From: Octopus bimaculoides
Taxonomy: Eukaryota
Assembly: GCF_001194135.2 (NCBI RefSeq)
Contig: NC_068992.1
Location: 36,477,803-36,527,008 of the forward strand
Reading direction: 5' to 3'
DNA: 49,206 nt
Position numbers and translations under genes: made by a program. Positions 33,741-45,440 of this stretch are shown here, one piece after another; the stretch's first letter is position 1, and each line of letters opens with the position of its first letter. The notes under the pieces were generated by a model. That model was not told the origin of the DNA. It did no database searches and saw only the letters and a list, made by a program, of their open reading frames with translations.

Positions 33741-34030
33741 ATTATTATTATTGATAACTTCCCGCCTTATCAATAATAACAATAATAATTTTTATTGATA
33801 AGGCGGGTAATTGTCAGAATCGATGGACGAAATGCCGCAAGTCATTTTGCCCGGCGTGCAAACGATTCTGACAACTCCCCAGCTTATCAATAAAAATTAT
33901 TATTATTGATAAGGCGGGCAGTTGTCAGAATCGTTAGTACGCTGGGCAAAATGATTTGCGGCATTTCCTCCGTCCTTACGTTCTGAGTTCAAATTCCGCC
34001 GTGATCGATTTTGCCTTTCATCCTTTCGGG
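33741..34030. repeat. alternating inverted duplications of a Nin-SINE 5' end, followed by the parent copy (33909-34030)
   Basis: Copies at ~33758-33780(-), ~33784-33823(+), ~33826-33901(-) and 33904 onward (+). Confidence 0.8.
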
Positions 34031-34034
34031 ATGC

Positions 34035-37000
34035 AGTAGAAACATCAGCTGTAAGAACGATAGTAGCAGCAACAACAATAGCAACAGCAGTAGAAACAAA
34101 CAGCAGTAGAAACAAACAGCAGTAACATCAACGGTAACAACAGCAACATCAACGGTAGCAGCAGCTTCCAGAGCAAGAACATATCGAATAAATAATCTCG
34201 AACCAGAAGCAACAAATCATGCATTGTCAACGAAACCACCACTACCACTATCACAACCACACGTAAAAGGTAATGATAGNNNNNNNNNNNNNNNNNNNNN
34301 NNNNNNNNNNNNNNNNNNNNNNNNNNNNNNNNNNNNNNNNNNNNNNNNNNNNNNNNNNNNNNNNNNNNNNNNNNNNNNNNNNNNNNNNNNNNNNNNNNNN
34401 NNNNNNNNNNNNNNNNNNNNNNNNNNNNNNNNNNNNNNNNNNNNNNNNNNNNNNNNNNNNNNNNNNNNNNNNNNNNNNNNNNNNNNNNNNNNNNNNNNNN
34501 NNNNNNNNNNNNNNNNNNNNNNNNNNNNNNNNNNNNNNNNNNNNNNNNNNNNNNNNNNNNNNNNNNNNNNNNNNNNNNNNNNNNNNNNNNNNNNNNNNNN
34601 NNNNNNNNNNNNNNNNNNNNNNNNNNNNNNNNNNNNNNNNNNNNNNNNNNNNNNNNNNNNNNNNNNNNNNNNNNNNNNNNNNNNNNNNNNNNNNNNNNNN
34701 NNNNNNNNNNNNNNNNNNNNNNNNNNNNNNNNNNNNNNNNNNNNNNNNNNNNNNNNNNNNNNNNNNNNNNNNNNNNNNNNNNNNNNNNNNNNNNNNNNNN
34801 NNNNNNNNNNNNNNNNNNNNNNNNNNNNNNNNNNNNNNNNNNNNNNNNNNNNNNNNNNNNNNNNNNNNNNNNNNNNNNNNNNNNNNNNNNNNNNNNNNNN
34901 NNNNNNNNNNNNNNNNNNNNNNNNNNNNNNNNNNACCTACTACCAAAACTAGTGAAACGTGTGGTTTTAGAAGATCCTAGTGCACTTCTCGAAATAAAAT
35001 GGTTTTGAAGACAACTGGGTTGGGATGGGGTTGAAGATTTTGATTTAAGTGAAACCTGAGACAATCGATAAAATCCTCAACGAAATACAGATTACAGGAG
35101 GGCAGCAACTGCAGGCGATTGTGAAAAATAGGTCTTCTGTCCCAACAACTACAACGAACAACGACAACTGCAAGGAGGCTTCAACTACTTCGAACATCAC
35201 AATTTGAACATCAGCAAAAACAGAAGCAGCCACAAAACAGCATGCAACTTATTATCAATGATTGCAATACCTGCCACAGGACTGGAAACAAGAGTTACAA
35301 CAACAGCAGCAACAAAAAGAAGAAAACAAACAGTTGACACTACATTACCAACATGTCAGCAACTGAAAGACCCCAAACAACAAACCAAATATATAATGAG
35401 TTCCAAAACATGCTCCTCCTCGATTAGGACCACATAGGAAAGTCGTGTAGCGAAGGGGAGTGTGAGGAGCTTAAATAGCAAATTGTCACCAAAGCGAAGA
35501 AAAGAAAAAGAAATAAAAACAAAAATTTGGCAACTATGAACAAATGGTGAATTGTCTTTAGGCAACACCAACATCCATCAGCAGCTACACCAGTACTGTC
35601 AATAGCATCATCACCGTAACTGTCACCAGCACTATCACTGAAACCTCCGTTACAAATACAACCTAATTCACGCACAACAGTCCCAGATGAAAAATCCCAA
35701 CACGAACAATATACACAAGTGATAAAGAATTAATGAACCACATACATGAAAGTACTAACATCACCCATACTAACTACATAACATCAACTAAATATTACAA
35801 TATTAAAAATAGCTTTTCATCGCACAGATATTTCAAATACACACAATGCCTTAAATAAAAAAACTATTAAAATGACGTAGATTGCCGAGTTAATCCACAG
35901 GGATAGGGTAATTCTTTCTCTCTGTCTTCTCTGTTGTCGATTATGCCTGAGTTCAAAATAGGCAGTATAAATGCACATGACTTGAGATCAGCTTGGAAGC
36001 CACATACCCAACGATTTCTGTAGACGTGGATGTGGTAGTCGTCAGAAAGACTAGTGTTTCCGATCCACAAATTTCATGAGTCCAATCGGTTAGGTTTAGT
36101 AAGTTTGAAGTGATAGAAAAAATAGAATAGGAGACTTAGAAATTTGGAAGAGGCTCTAAGGAAAGGCATTGCACGTCTTAGGAAAGATGTGCTCGCGATG
36201 AGATTGAATTTTGACCTATACTTCAAAGTGAAGCATAGAGGCTACATTGTCAGATCTAAGGCACGAGCTCTATGATACAAAGGAATGAAAGCCACTCCAT
36301 GGGTCTAAGTGACAGTAGCGTGACGTGGCTATAAAGCCAACATTCTTTCTTTGTTGGACACTAACGTGTGAACGTATTTCAGCATCAAGCAAATGTGTAA
36401 GGCTTTTCAGCAGCACTTCGCTTAATTTTTCGGGTAGAGAGTGAGCTAGAATGCCGGATAGATTTCACTGCGTAACTCGATGAACCACTGCAACTCACGC
36501 AAGACTAGCGAAGTGTTGCAAAAAGCCGTAACCGCGTCTGAAATACGGGAAGCGATGGTTGGCTGCATGAGGGGTAAGTCGCCTGGTTTGGATGGTTTAT
36601 CCTACGCGCTTAAATGCAAGATGTGCTTGGAGATCTCTTGGCAGATATGTATCACAATAGGCAGCAGAATGGAAGGATTCCAAGTTCTGTGAGTCGAGAA
36701 GCATTACACTATGATCATTTTCGGTCCATATATCTGCTAAATCCAGACTCCAAACTTAGGCCAAGGTAGTAGCAAGGAAATTGTCGCTTGTCTGATTGGT
36801 GATGCGCAAATATGTACCATGACAATTAGGCCTACCATAGCAACCTCCACCTCGAGCGCAGGAAAGGAATCCGTCATGGGTGGGGCACTGATCAATTTAG
36901 ATCGTTCGGGAACCTATTGATAGAGTAAGCCACCAATACTTGACGGCTGTCCTAACGGCAACCGGTTTCGGTCCGTGTTTCGCGTTTGGATCGCCTCAGT

Positions 37001-37620
37001 GTACAGTAAAATCTGTTCCATGGCTAGAAGAAATAGTCAACTATCGGAACCATCCCGCATGATTCGTCATGGATGTCCCTTCTCGTCTCTTCTGTATGTA
37101 TTAACTCTAGAGCTACAACTGCGGAAACTGGAGACATTGAGAAACAACCCGCGTGAGGTATGATGCAGAAGAGCCATTTCAACATAGGTGGAAGACGTTA
37201 CCGTGACAGTGACGAATACCAAGCACATAGAGGTAATCGGAATTGCTCTAAGGAAATTAGAGGCGGTGACGAAAGCGAAAGTCATCCAAGAAAAGTCAAT
37301 AGAGCTGCAACTGGGCATCTGGAGTGGCAGGTCCATGCCGGGGGACACTGAACAGAGAGACCGGTTAAATTACTCGGCATCTTGTTACGGCTTCATCTTC
37401 ATGTGGAGAAGTATGACGAGTTGACGAGTAGAGTGGCCGATCTCATCCAGAAATGGGCCGTGTGAAAGCCAACACTAAGAGGTTGGGCAGAGTTGGGGAA
37501 CGCTTCCATCGCCTCCGTTATATATTACCACCTGAGTATCGTGCCTTACACCAGATCACGTCTCGCCGACCCAGAGCACCTGCCGTTTCGTTTTGTGTAT
37601 AAGAAATGCGTTTCAGCCAC
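34035..37620 (+). mobile_element. L1/Tx1-clade LINE, heavily decayed (CAA-rich ORF1 remnant; ORF2 from ~35943 with deletions), spanning a gap
   Basis: MPEFKIGSINAHDLRSAWK (APE start), GKSPGLDGL, GGALINLD, IRHGCPFSSLLYVLTLE, EAVTKAKVIQEKSIELQLGIW. The ORF1 assignment of 34035-35800 is weaker. Confidence 0.75.
34280..34934. other. assembly gap (N run)
   Basis: N bases. Confidence 1.
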
Positions 37621-38667
37621 TCCATTTGCAGCAAACCCCTGCTGAATGGAAGATTGGGCATGCAGAGGTTGATGATGCGCAAAAAAGTTTAACTGGAATG
37701 GAGAAAGAGAGGGAGACAGAAAGAGAGAAAGAGAGACAGGCAGACTCACATACACACACACACATAGAGAAAGAAAGAAAGATTAAAAGAGATCCCTGTC
37801 TCAAGCATCTTCTTTGCTAACAACACTAGTGTTATAGTCATGGTAACGACAGACCACATAAGAGGGAAAAATTTAGTGTCGTCTGCATCAAATAAACTTG
37901 CCGACATTGAAGAATAATCAATGAATACACAGTCATCATCACCACCACTACCAACAACAACAATGAGATCAGAGTTCTGGTTATATTTATGACAAGCAGT
38001 GACTGCAAAGAAATAGATGTAAATGTGTTATTGCTTATAAATTCATTATCAAAAAATAAAGTTTCAGTATTTCATTCTAGCACAGGTGGGAAAATGCTTG
38101 CAAGAAGTATGGTTTACTGTAGGTTGCATAACAAGAGGGAATCATCAGAGTACAATATTTTAGTCTGCAATGGATGCCTGATCTGTATTAGCAAGGAATT
38201 TGTCACTAGTCCGATTGGTGATGCGCAAATATGCACCATGACAAATAGGTCTACCCAGAGCGACCTCCACCTCGTGCGATACATCAGAGCGTAGGAAAGG
38301 AACCCGTCATGGTAAGATAGATGACGAAGACGTGGACCATCAAAATGCAACTTCACAGATTAGGCCAAATTGGTAGCAATAGTGGTGAAGCATGTAGAAG
38401 TTATAACGTTTAAGTTAATTTTCCGGCAGCATATAACGATATGTATCTAAAGTTGTGAGTGTTGGTCATACCTGAGAATCGAACTGCCATCCCAGACCAC
38501 TTACAGTTCAAAGAGAGCAAGAAAATACAAAGGGAGAAAGCCAATACACTTCTGATGTGGCAAAATAGGCAACCTAAAATTTTTCTATATTTAAGATATA
38601 AGGAATTATGTACATTAGTTACATTATTTACAATTGACGGATATTTGTCCTCATCTTGTTTGTTGTT

Positions 38668-38713
38668 AATACAACGTTTCAGCTGATACACCCTCCAGCC
38701 TTCATCAGGTGTC
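38668..38713 (-). ncRNA. minimal type-I hammerhead ribozyme motif, family 1
   Basis: Reverse complement: gacac-CTGATGA-a-ggctg-gagggtgtat-cagct-GAAA-cgtt-gtatt. Core is intact, with one G-U in stem II and one stem I mismatch. Confidence 0.78.
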
Positions 38714-38761
38714 GTGAAGAAATTTCGAAACTGGGTTCTCATTCCTAAGGTATTTTTTCGA

Positions 38762-38858
38762 TGTTGTTGTTGTTGTTGTTGTTCTTCTTCTTCTTCTTCT
38801 TCTTCTTCTTCTTCTTCTTCTTCTTCTTCTTCTTCTTCTTCTTCTTCTTCTTCTTCTT

Positions 38859-38889
<31 letters not shown>

Positions 38890-38912
38890 TTATTATTATT
38901 ATTATTATTATT
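38762..38912. repeat. compound (TTG)n(TTC)n(TTA)n microsatellite inside the pLTR
   Basis: About 35 TTC units between TTG and TTA blocks. Confidence 0.95.
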
Positions 38913-38913
38913 C

Positions 38914-38982
38914 AGGTCACTGCCTGGAATCGAACTCGGAATCTTGGGTTAGTAGCCCGCGCTCTTAAACACTACGCCATAT
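38914..38982 (-). promoter_or_regulatory. tRNA-like Pol III A/B-box module (inverted pLTR arm)
   Basis: Reverse complement of 39414-39484 with few mismatches. Confidence 0.7.
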
Positions 38983-39036
38983 AATACAACACTTATCAAA
39001 AATCTCCTTCTAGAAAAACCACCAATAGAAGAGAAT

Positions 39037-39381
39037 ATGACTAAGGACTGCGTGTACTCCATCCCATGCAGCTGTGGTAGGTTTTACAAAGGCGAAACAT
39101 ATCGCCCTCTCAAAATATGGGTAGACAAACATCGCAAAGCTGTGACACGGGGAGATATTGATAAATTGGATAAAACTGATCATGTATGGAAAAATGGAGA
39201 CCACTTCCCCCTGTGGGATGAAGTTAAAATAATAGACAGAGAACACTACTGGAAAATACGAAAACTAAAAGAAGCAGCACGTATACTAGGACACAACAAC
39301 CTCCTAAGCAGACCGAGTACAGATATGAACAGCATATGGGAACGAGTATTAAGGAAGGATAAGAGAATATTGGATTTATAA
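39037..39381 (+). pseudogene. Penelope-type GIY-YIG endonuclease domain (probably inactive)
   Basis: CVYSIPCSCGRFYKGETYRPLKIWVDKH..DH..W..V.IIDRE..W..RKLKEA matches the PLE GIY-YIG pattern with CCHH residues. YIG is changed to YKG, the conserved Arg to Trp and EH to KH. No upstream RT. Confidence 0.85.
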
Positions 39382-39411
39382 GCCCTAAAATTCGCTTCAT
39401 AATTGCACAGT

Positions 39412-39484
39412 GGCATATGGCGTAGTGGTTAAGAGCGCGGGCTACTAACCCTAAGATTCCGAGTTCGATTCCAGGCATTGACCT
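39412..39484 (+). promoter_or_regulatory. tRNA-like Pol III A/B-box module in the PLE 3' pLTR
   Basis: A-box TGGCGTAGTGG (39418-39428), D-stem GCGT/GCGC, GGG-CTACTAA-CCC arm, B-box GAGTTCGATTCC (39461-39472). The cloverleaf is imperfect, so it is not called a tRNA gene. Confidence 0.72.
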
Positions 39485-39578
39485 GAATAATAATAGTAAT
39501 AATAATAATAACAACAACAACAACAACAACATCGAAAAATACCTTAGGAATGAGAACCCAGGTTCGAAATTTCCGCAA

Positions 39579-39621
39579 GACACTTGATAAAGGCTGGAGA
39601 GTTTATCAGCCGAAATGTGTT
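39579..39621 (+). ncRNA. degenerate hammerhead motif, family 1 (dead copy)
   Basis: gacac-TTGATAA-a-ggctg..cagcc-GAAA-tgtgtt: core C3 and G8 are mutated and the stem III bases are deleted. Confidence 0.6.
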
Positions 39622-41149
39622 AACAACAAACAAGATGAAGACAAATATCGTCAACTGTAAATAATGTCTAAAAATTTTTCTACCAAATAGAGAAAAAAGG
39701 AGAAGAGGACCTCGGATAATCGCTGCCATCAAGACCAAAACTGTTACAAGTAAAATGATATAAAAGTGGTAGTAACAATGGGAAAACGGATCAGGAACAT
39801 TCGCCAGCCCAACAACGCAAGATAAGGAAACAAAATTCAATGCTCTTTCCACGCTCTTATATAGGTATATCTCAGAGAAAACTAGTCTCCATCTGGCCAC
39901 TCTTAGACATTGTACCAAATGTTTAGTTATGCTTCAATTATCTGTGAATTATGGAACTTAATACTTCTCACAGCAATCGGTAAAGCAGTTAATATTTAAA
40001 CTTAAACTAGGTCATATTTGAAGTTTATTATACAACAAAATCTGAGTTTATTATACAATATTTGGAATTATCATCGAGTTTATTACGCAACACCTAAATT
40101 AAACAACGTGTTTATCCTGTATTTCGTTTATTATTCCTAGAATCCTCTGTATTCTTTATAATTCCTAGAATTTATCAGTTGTCTAAGATTCTCTCCTCGG
40201 AGAATCAGAAAAGAAAGATAATGAAATTTACATTAATCTCAATTATGTATAGTATTCGTGTCTAAATGTGACCGTTTCGATAGAGTACCAGCCTACTAGG
40301 CCAGCGGTATTAGTTCGTATCTCACCTCTGAGACATTTAGAATTGCGAAAATGCCGTTTTCGTTTAGACAGTCCACTCAACTGTAAATATGTACTACGGT
40401 AAGGTATGACTAACCATTATAAGAAGCATGGACAGCACCAACTGGCCCTTTGTTTCACTAACCGTTGCGTACAAGGATTTTTCACTGAGTTACAAAACAA
40501 TGACGTTCCTAACTTACTCACGAGTATGAGACTAATATCAAGAATGTTTCATTTAATAAAACTAACTCTAATTTCACGCTTGTTCAGTAGTTAAATATTA
40601 AATGATGACTTACATGAACAAAACAGTATCGAATAAAACACAGGTACTGTATTCTTTTCATACTATTTAAGGGAGTAAAGAGTAGATCTTCGTTGAGTCT
40701 GTTCACTCTAATTAGTTTGTGACTGCAGAATGTCAGAAACAATAAAGCACCGATAAATGTATGGTCTTTAATTTCATCTCTACACTCACTGAGTTAAAAT
40801 TCCTGTGTACGCGTCATTGTGTTGTTCAACTAGTCGTTGAACAAAAGTTGTTTCAGTTGGCTATATTTATTCCCAACATATTTGTGGTACTGCATCACAT
40901 AAAGAATCATTATTATTGTCTTTTTAGTCAGAGTGATATCAATACACATGTCTCCAAATTTTGTTTAATTTATATGTTACTAAAAACACTATGAGTGGCA
41001 ACATTAAAATATATAGCTACATACTTCTTTCATACACCTGTGATGTACGCTCAATGCGTACATCCATTTCTAATAATTATAAAGTACACTCAATGCAATT
41101 TCTAATAATGGCACATGAGATGTACACTTAATGCAATTTATAATAATTA

Positions 41150-41325
41150 TTTCTAATACTGGCACAAGGCCAGCAGTTTTGAAGAGAAGGGGTTAGTGAC
41201 ACCGAAATAATGAAAAACAAAAATCGACCTTAGTGGAATTTGAGCTGAGAACATAAAGAACCAACAGAAATACCATTTGACCATTTAGTCCGATGAGCTA
41301 ACGATTCTACCATCGTACCACCTTA
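41150..41325 (-). mobile_element. Nin/Deu-domain SINE, old and internally deleted
   Basis: Reverse complement begins taaggtggtacgatggtagaatcgttagc and includes gttctcagctcaaattccactaaggtcga. Confidence 0.6.
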
Positions 41326-43579
41326 TAGAAATGTAATAATATTGCCTATTAGAAAAATAGTAAACCAAAACCGTCAACATATCTTACTAATTCCCGAACT
41401 ATGTCTCTACAATGTATATTTCTGTTAGCATTCGATTCTTAAACTGCATGTTAAAAATCCCTTTCTTGACTTGTACGACCTTCTGTTTGCAATCATTGTG
41501 GAAAGTCAAACTTTTATGGAATCTGTTTACAACTGTCTTTTGAAGCAGAAAATGTTAAACATGAAACGCCTATATGAGATGGCATGCCGATCGAGAGTTT
41601 GTTCGGGCAATTAGCTTCGAAATAGAGTGATGTCTACTTCTTGTAAATGTAATGAAGTTTGATTGTTTGGATATCGAATTTCCATACCAACAATAGATTT
41701 AGAGATGCAAGTTAGATGATCCTTAATCGCAATACTTTGAACCTAACGTAAATGAGTTGGTACTTAGAAACACGGTGAGTGATTAAAATCTGCTAACATC
41801 TATATGGTCAGTTCAATATAGGTAGTTGCTTTATCCAATGTTAGCCCTGATTAAGACGATTGTGATCAAGTGCATTCCACCAAGGCATAGCGCATCAAAA
41901 TATATAAAAAAAACTCCGTATTCAATATATGTTGCCGTTTAAAAACATGTCTGTGTGACTTTTAGAAAGCCAGCAACCACATAGATGTTCTTGTGCTTGA
42001 GATAATTTGATAGGTATGTTCTTTTCAGGATCCAGTTTGGCAATTTTTAAACACACTTTTTATAAAATCAAATCCATAACTTCATTAAACAGTAAATGAT
42101 AGTTTAATAGTTATATATAGGAGAATAAACTTACAAAGGAAATCTAAGGAAAAACTTACTTAAGCAAGAAGAGTATGATGCAAATTTAGAGTAAACATTA
42201 GATATATTAAAGAGGACATTTTGTAGGGGTGCAGTGAAAATCACACAGGATAACAGAGGCTACTTCTTTGTTAGTTAATATGACAGCTGTATGATTAGAA
42301 TTATAGAAAGTTTCTTTAGTAGAAATGAAGAAAACCATTGTTGGAATTATAGAAAGGGGTCTAGATGATGAAATTTTATCATTATAGAATGTCACCAGTA
42401 CGCCCTTTAAGATGCGACTCATTGCCTACTAATTATACTTTTTTCCATATTTCTATGCAATAATTATAGATCTGTATACTTATAGGTTTATTCATTTTGT
42501 TTTGTTTCGTTGTTTCTCAGTCTCAGAAGTATTCCTTTATAATTCTATCACAAATATATCAGAAATTGAAGAGAGTGTATAAACGAAACTTTTGTTGGCA
42601 AAGCCAGCTCGATAATATCGATAATAAACATATATAAAGAAAGCAATAAGAGAAGTAAAATTCAACGTAGCAAAGCAATAAAAAGTAATAAAGTAAATTG
42701 TTAATGATATAAAAATTACCTTGAATTAAATTTGGGGTCAAACGTATTATACTCTGGTAAAAAAAGAAAAGAAAAAGGTCTTAAAATGATTTCTGTAGCA
42801 TTTTTCTTTGCATAGTAAATATTTTATTCTGCTTTGTTTAAATGTTAGCTTCCCGAATCAATATATCTATTTAAAGGAGAAAGAGAAAACTGGATTATAC
42901 TGGAGGCTTTTCATTTGGAATTGTCTCGGATCATACAATGGATTATTCCTGTTTTCCACATGATATTTTTTTACACGACACTGCATTGTTTGATATACAA
43001 TAAATTTATTTTATGATCTAAATATACTTGAGTTATTTTTCAAACACTGACAAATAAACACAGTTTTATAGATAACATTTTTAGAAGTATTAATTGAGAG
43101 TGAATTGTTAGTAAGAAAAACGTATTAAATGCTCTGCAGTGTTCAGTTTTATACTTTTACAATCTCAGCTCAAACAAGTGAATGTACATTTCATCCATTC
43201 GGAGTTGTTAAACTAATATCAGTAGCTTACTAATTTTAATCGACTCTATTTTCATGCAAAAATTAAACTTCATAAGTAACTTACATTTCATACCAAACAG
43301 ATACTTGAAACCAATTTCAGCTTCTGGTTGAAACTAACTTACACCATTCAAACAACCTCACTTCCCACATACACACAGAATCAATATTGATAAAACAAAG
43401 GTGGTGTTACTTCGGCTAACAGGATACTATACGATTCAAATTCTTCCGAAGAACATTTATTGGTTAACGAAGAAACCTCCATTAAATGAAAGCTAAAACC
43501 TAATGGCGGTGGTCACACTTTGTTGCGAATCTCTCATTTTACTGACGCCCAATTTTAGATTATATATATATATATATAT

Positions 43580-44359
43580 NNNNNNNNNNNNNNNNNNNNN
43601 NNNNNNNNNNNNNNNNNNNNNNNNNNNNNNNNNNNNNNNNNNNNNNNNNNNNNNNNNNNNNNNNNNNNNNNNNNNNNNNNNNNNNNNNNNNNNNNNNNNN
43701 NNNNNNNNNNNNNNNNNNNNNNNNNNNNNNNNNNNNNNNNNNNNNNNNNNNNNNNNNNNNNNNNNNNNNNNNNNNNNNNNNNNNNNNNNNNNNNNNNNNN
43801 NNNNNNNNNNNNNNNNNNNNNNNNNNNNNNNNNNNNNNNNNNNNNNNNNNNNNNNNNNNNNNNNNNNNNNNNNNNNNNNNNNNNNNNNNNNNNNNNNNNN
43901 NNNNNNNNNNNNNNNNNNNNNNNNNNNNNNNNNNNNNNNNNNNNNNNNNNNNNNNNNNNNNNNNNNNNNNNNNNNNNNNNNNNNNNNNNNNNNNNNNNNN
44001 NNNNNNNNNNNNNNNNNNNNNNNNNNNNNNNNNNNNNNNNNNNNNNNNNNNNNNNNNNNNNNNNNNNNNNNNNNNNNNNNNNNNNNNNNNNNNNNNNNNN
44101 NNNNNNNNNNNNNNNNNNNNNNNNNNNNNNNNNNNNNNNNNNNNNNNNNNNNNNNNNNNNNNNNNNNNNNNNNNNNNNNNNNNNNNNNNNNNNNNNNNNN
44201 NNNNNNNNNNNNNNNNNNNNNNNNNNNNNNNNNNNNNNNNNNNNNNNNNNNNNNNNNNNNNNNNNNNNNNNNNNNNNNNNNNNNNNNNNNNNNNNNNNNN
44301 NNNNNNNNNNNNNNNNNNNNNNNNNNNNNNNNNNNNNNNNNNNNNNNNNNNNNNNNNNN
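43580..44359. other. assembly gap (N run) flanked by (TA)n and (GT)n
   Basis: N bases. Confidence 1.
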
Positions 44360-44379
<20 letters not shown>

Positions 44380-44391
<12 letters not shown>

Positions 44392-44600
44392 TGTGACAGT
44401 TATTCGGTTGCCATAATAAAACTCCGATTTTCGGATGTCAGGGCAGAAATCTGCTCCGGCATCTCGTCAGTTATTTTTTTATTCATAGCATTTTTGTTTG
44501 TCTTAATAACTGACGAGATGCAGGAGCAGATTTCCGACCCGACATCCGAAAATCGGAGTTTTATTATGGCAACCGAATAATTGTCACATGTTATATTACA
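44380..44600. mobile_element. palindromic MITE (~95-bp arms, ~25-30-bp spacer)
   Basis: tgtaatataatatgtgacagttattcggttgccataataaaactccg... pairs with ...cggagttttattatggcaaccgaataattgtcacatgttatattaca. A related half copy lies at 30145. The TSD could not be resolved. Confidence 0.82.
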
Positions 44601-45059
44601 GATAAATTCCTCTATTTACATAATATCGAGGTCTCATTCATTCTTTTGTTGTCACACTATTACTATTAATATATATATATGTATGTATGTATGAATATGT
44701 ATGTATATATATATGTATGCATGTATGCATGATGCACACAAATACATATACATATCGTTGTTTATTTGCGTTTACCTGAAACTGTCAGAAAAATTGCTTA
44801 CATTTAATTTCAAAGATATCTAATTATAGAATGAAGTAATTAAACTACAAAGGAGTTGAACTCCTAGAGATCATTTTGAAGAATTGATGCAAAAATAGAA
44901 TCTTCCTTTAACTTCCTTTTCACAACATTATTAATATAATTTCCTCCTAGGATTTATTTATCAAAAATACAAAGACTGCATTAGAAGTATTAAAAATTAT
45001 TGAAATAAGATACAAGTATAAATCAAGGAAGTAATTATTATTGTTGTGATTATTATTAT

Positions 45060-45440
45060 AAAGGTGTCGAAATTCAGCGAACTTTCAATGTCATTAACAG
45101 AAGGCTTTAATGTTTTGAGTTGAAATTCCACCGAGGTCAACTTTTCATTTCATCCTTTCGGAGTTGATGGAATAAGCACCAGTGACGCACCGGGTTCGAA
45201 GTAATCGGCTTGCACCTTGCCCAAATTTAAGGCCTTGTGTCTAGAGCAGGAAAGAGCATTAAGGCGGCGAGCAGGCAGAATCGTTACTATTCCGGATAAA
45301 AATGCTTAGCGTCGTTTCTTCCGACTTTACGTGCTGAGTTCAAATGCCACCGAGGTTGGCTTTGCTTTCATTTTTCCGTAGTAGGCAAAATAAATTACCA
45401 GACAAGTGCTGGGGTCAATGAAATTGACTAACCACCACTC
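45060..45440 (+). mobile_element. two tandem Nin/Deu-domain SINE copies
   Basis: Copy 1 ~45060-45250 and copy 2 ~45260-45440, each with gagtt(g/c)aaat and the tttcatcc-type core. Preceded by (TTA)n. Confidence 0.72.

Larger units (their letters stand above)
38588..39667 (+). mobile_element. Penelope-like element, 5'-truncated, with inverted pLTR arms and near-perfect TSD
   Basis: Left arm ~38585-38982(-) and right arm ~39414-39667(+) flank a GIY-YIG ORF. CTAAAATTTTTCTA (38574-38587) vs CTAAAAATTTTTCTA (39668-39682). Confidence 0.88.

Noticed and set aside
39412-39484. Functional tRNA gene (apparent ACT anticodon loop)
   Set aside because: The anticodon stem is only 3 bp, and the T-stem and acceptor stem are mismatched. 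It is part of a repeated pLTR, so it is treated as a tRNA-like promoter only.
40264-40330. Possible hammerhead on minus strand (GAAACGGTC)
   Set aside because: No CTGANGA-like core or stem II at the required spacing.
42207-42422. 71-aa minus-strand ORF in unique AT-rich DNA
   Set aside because: No recognisable homology or splice signals; its length is compatible with chance.
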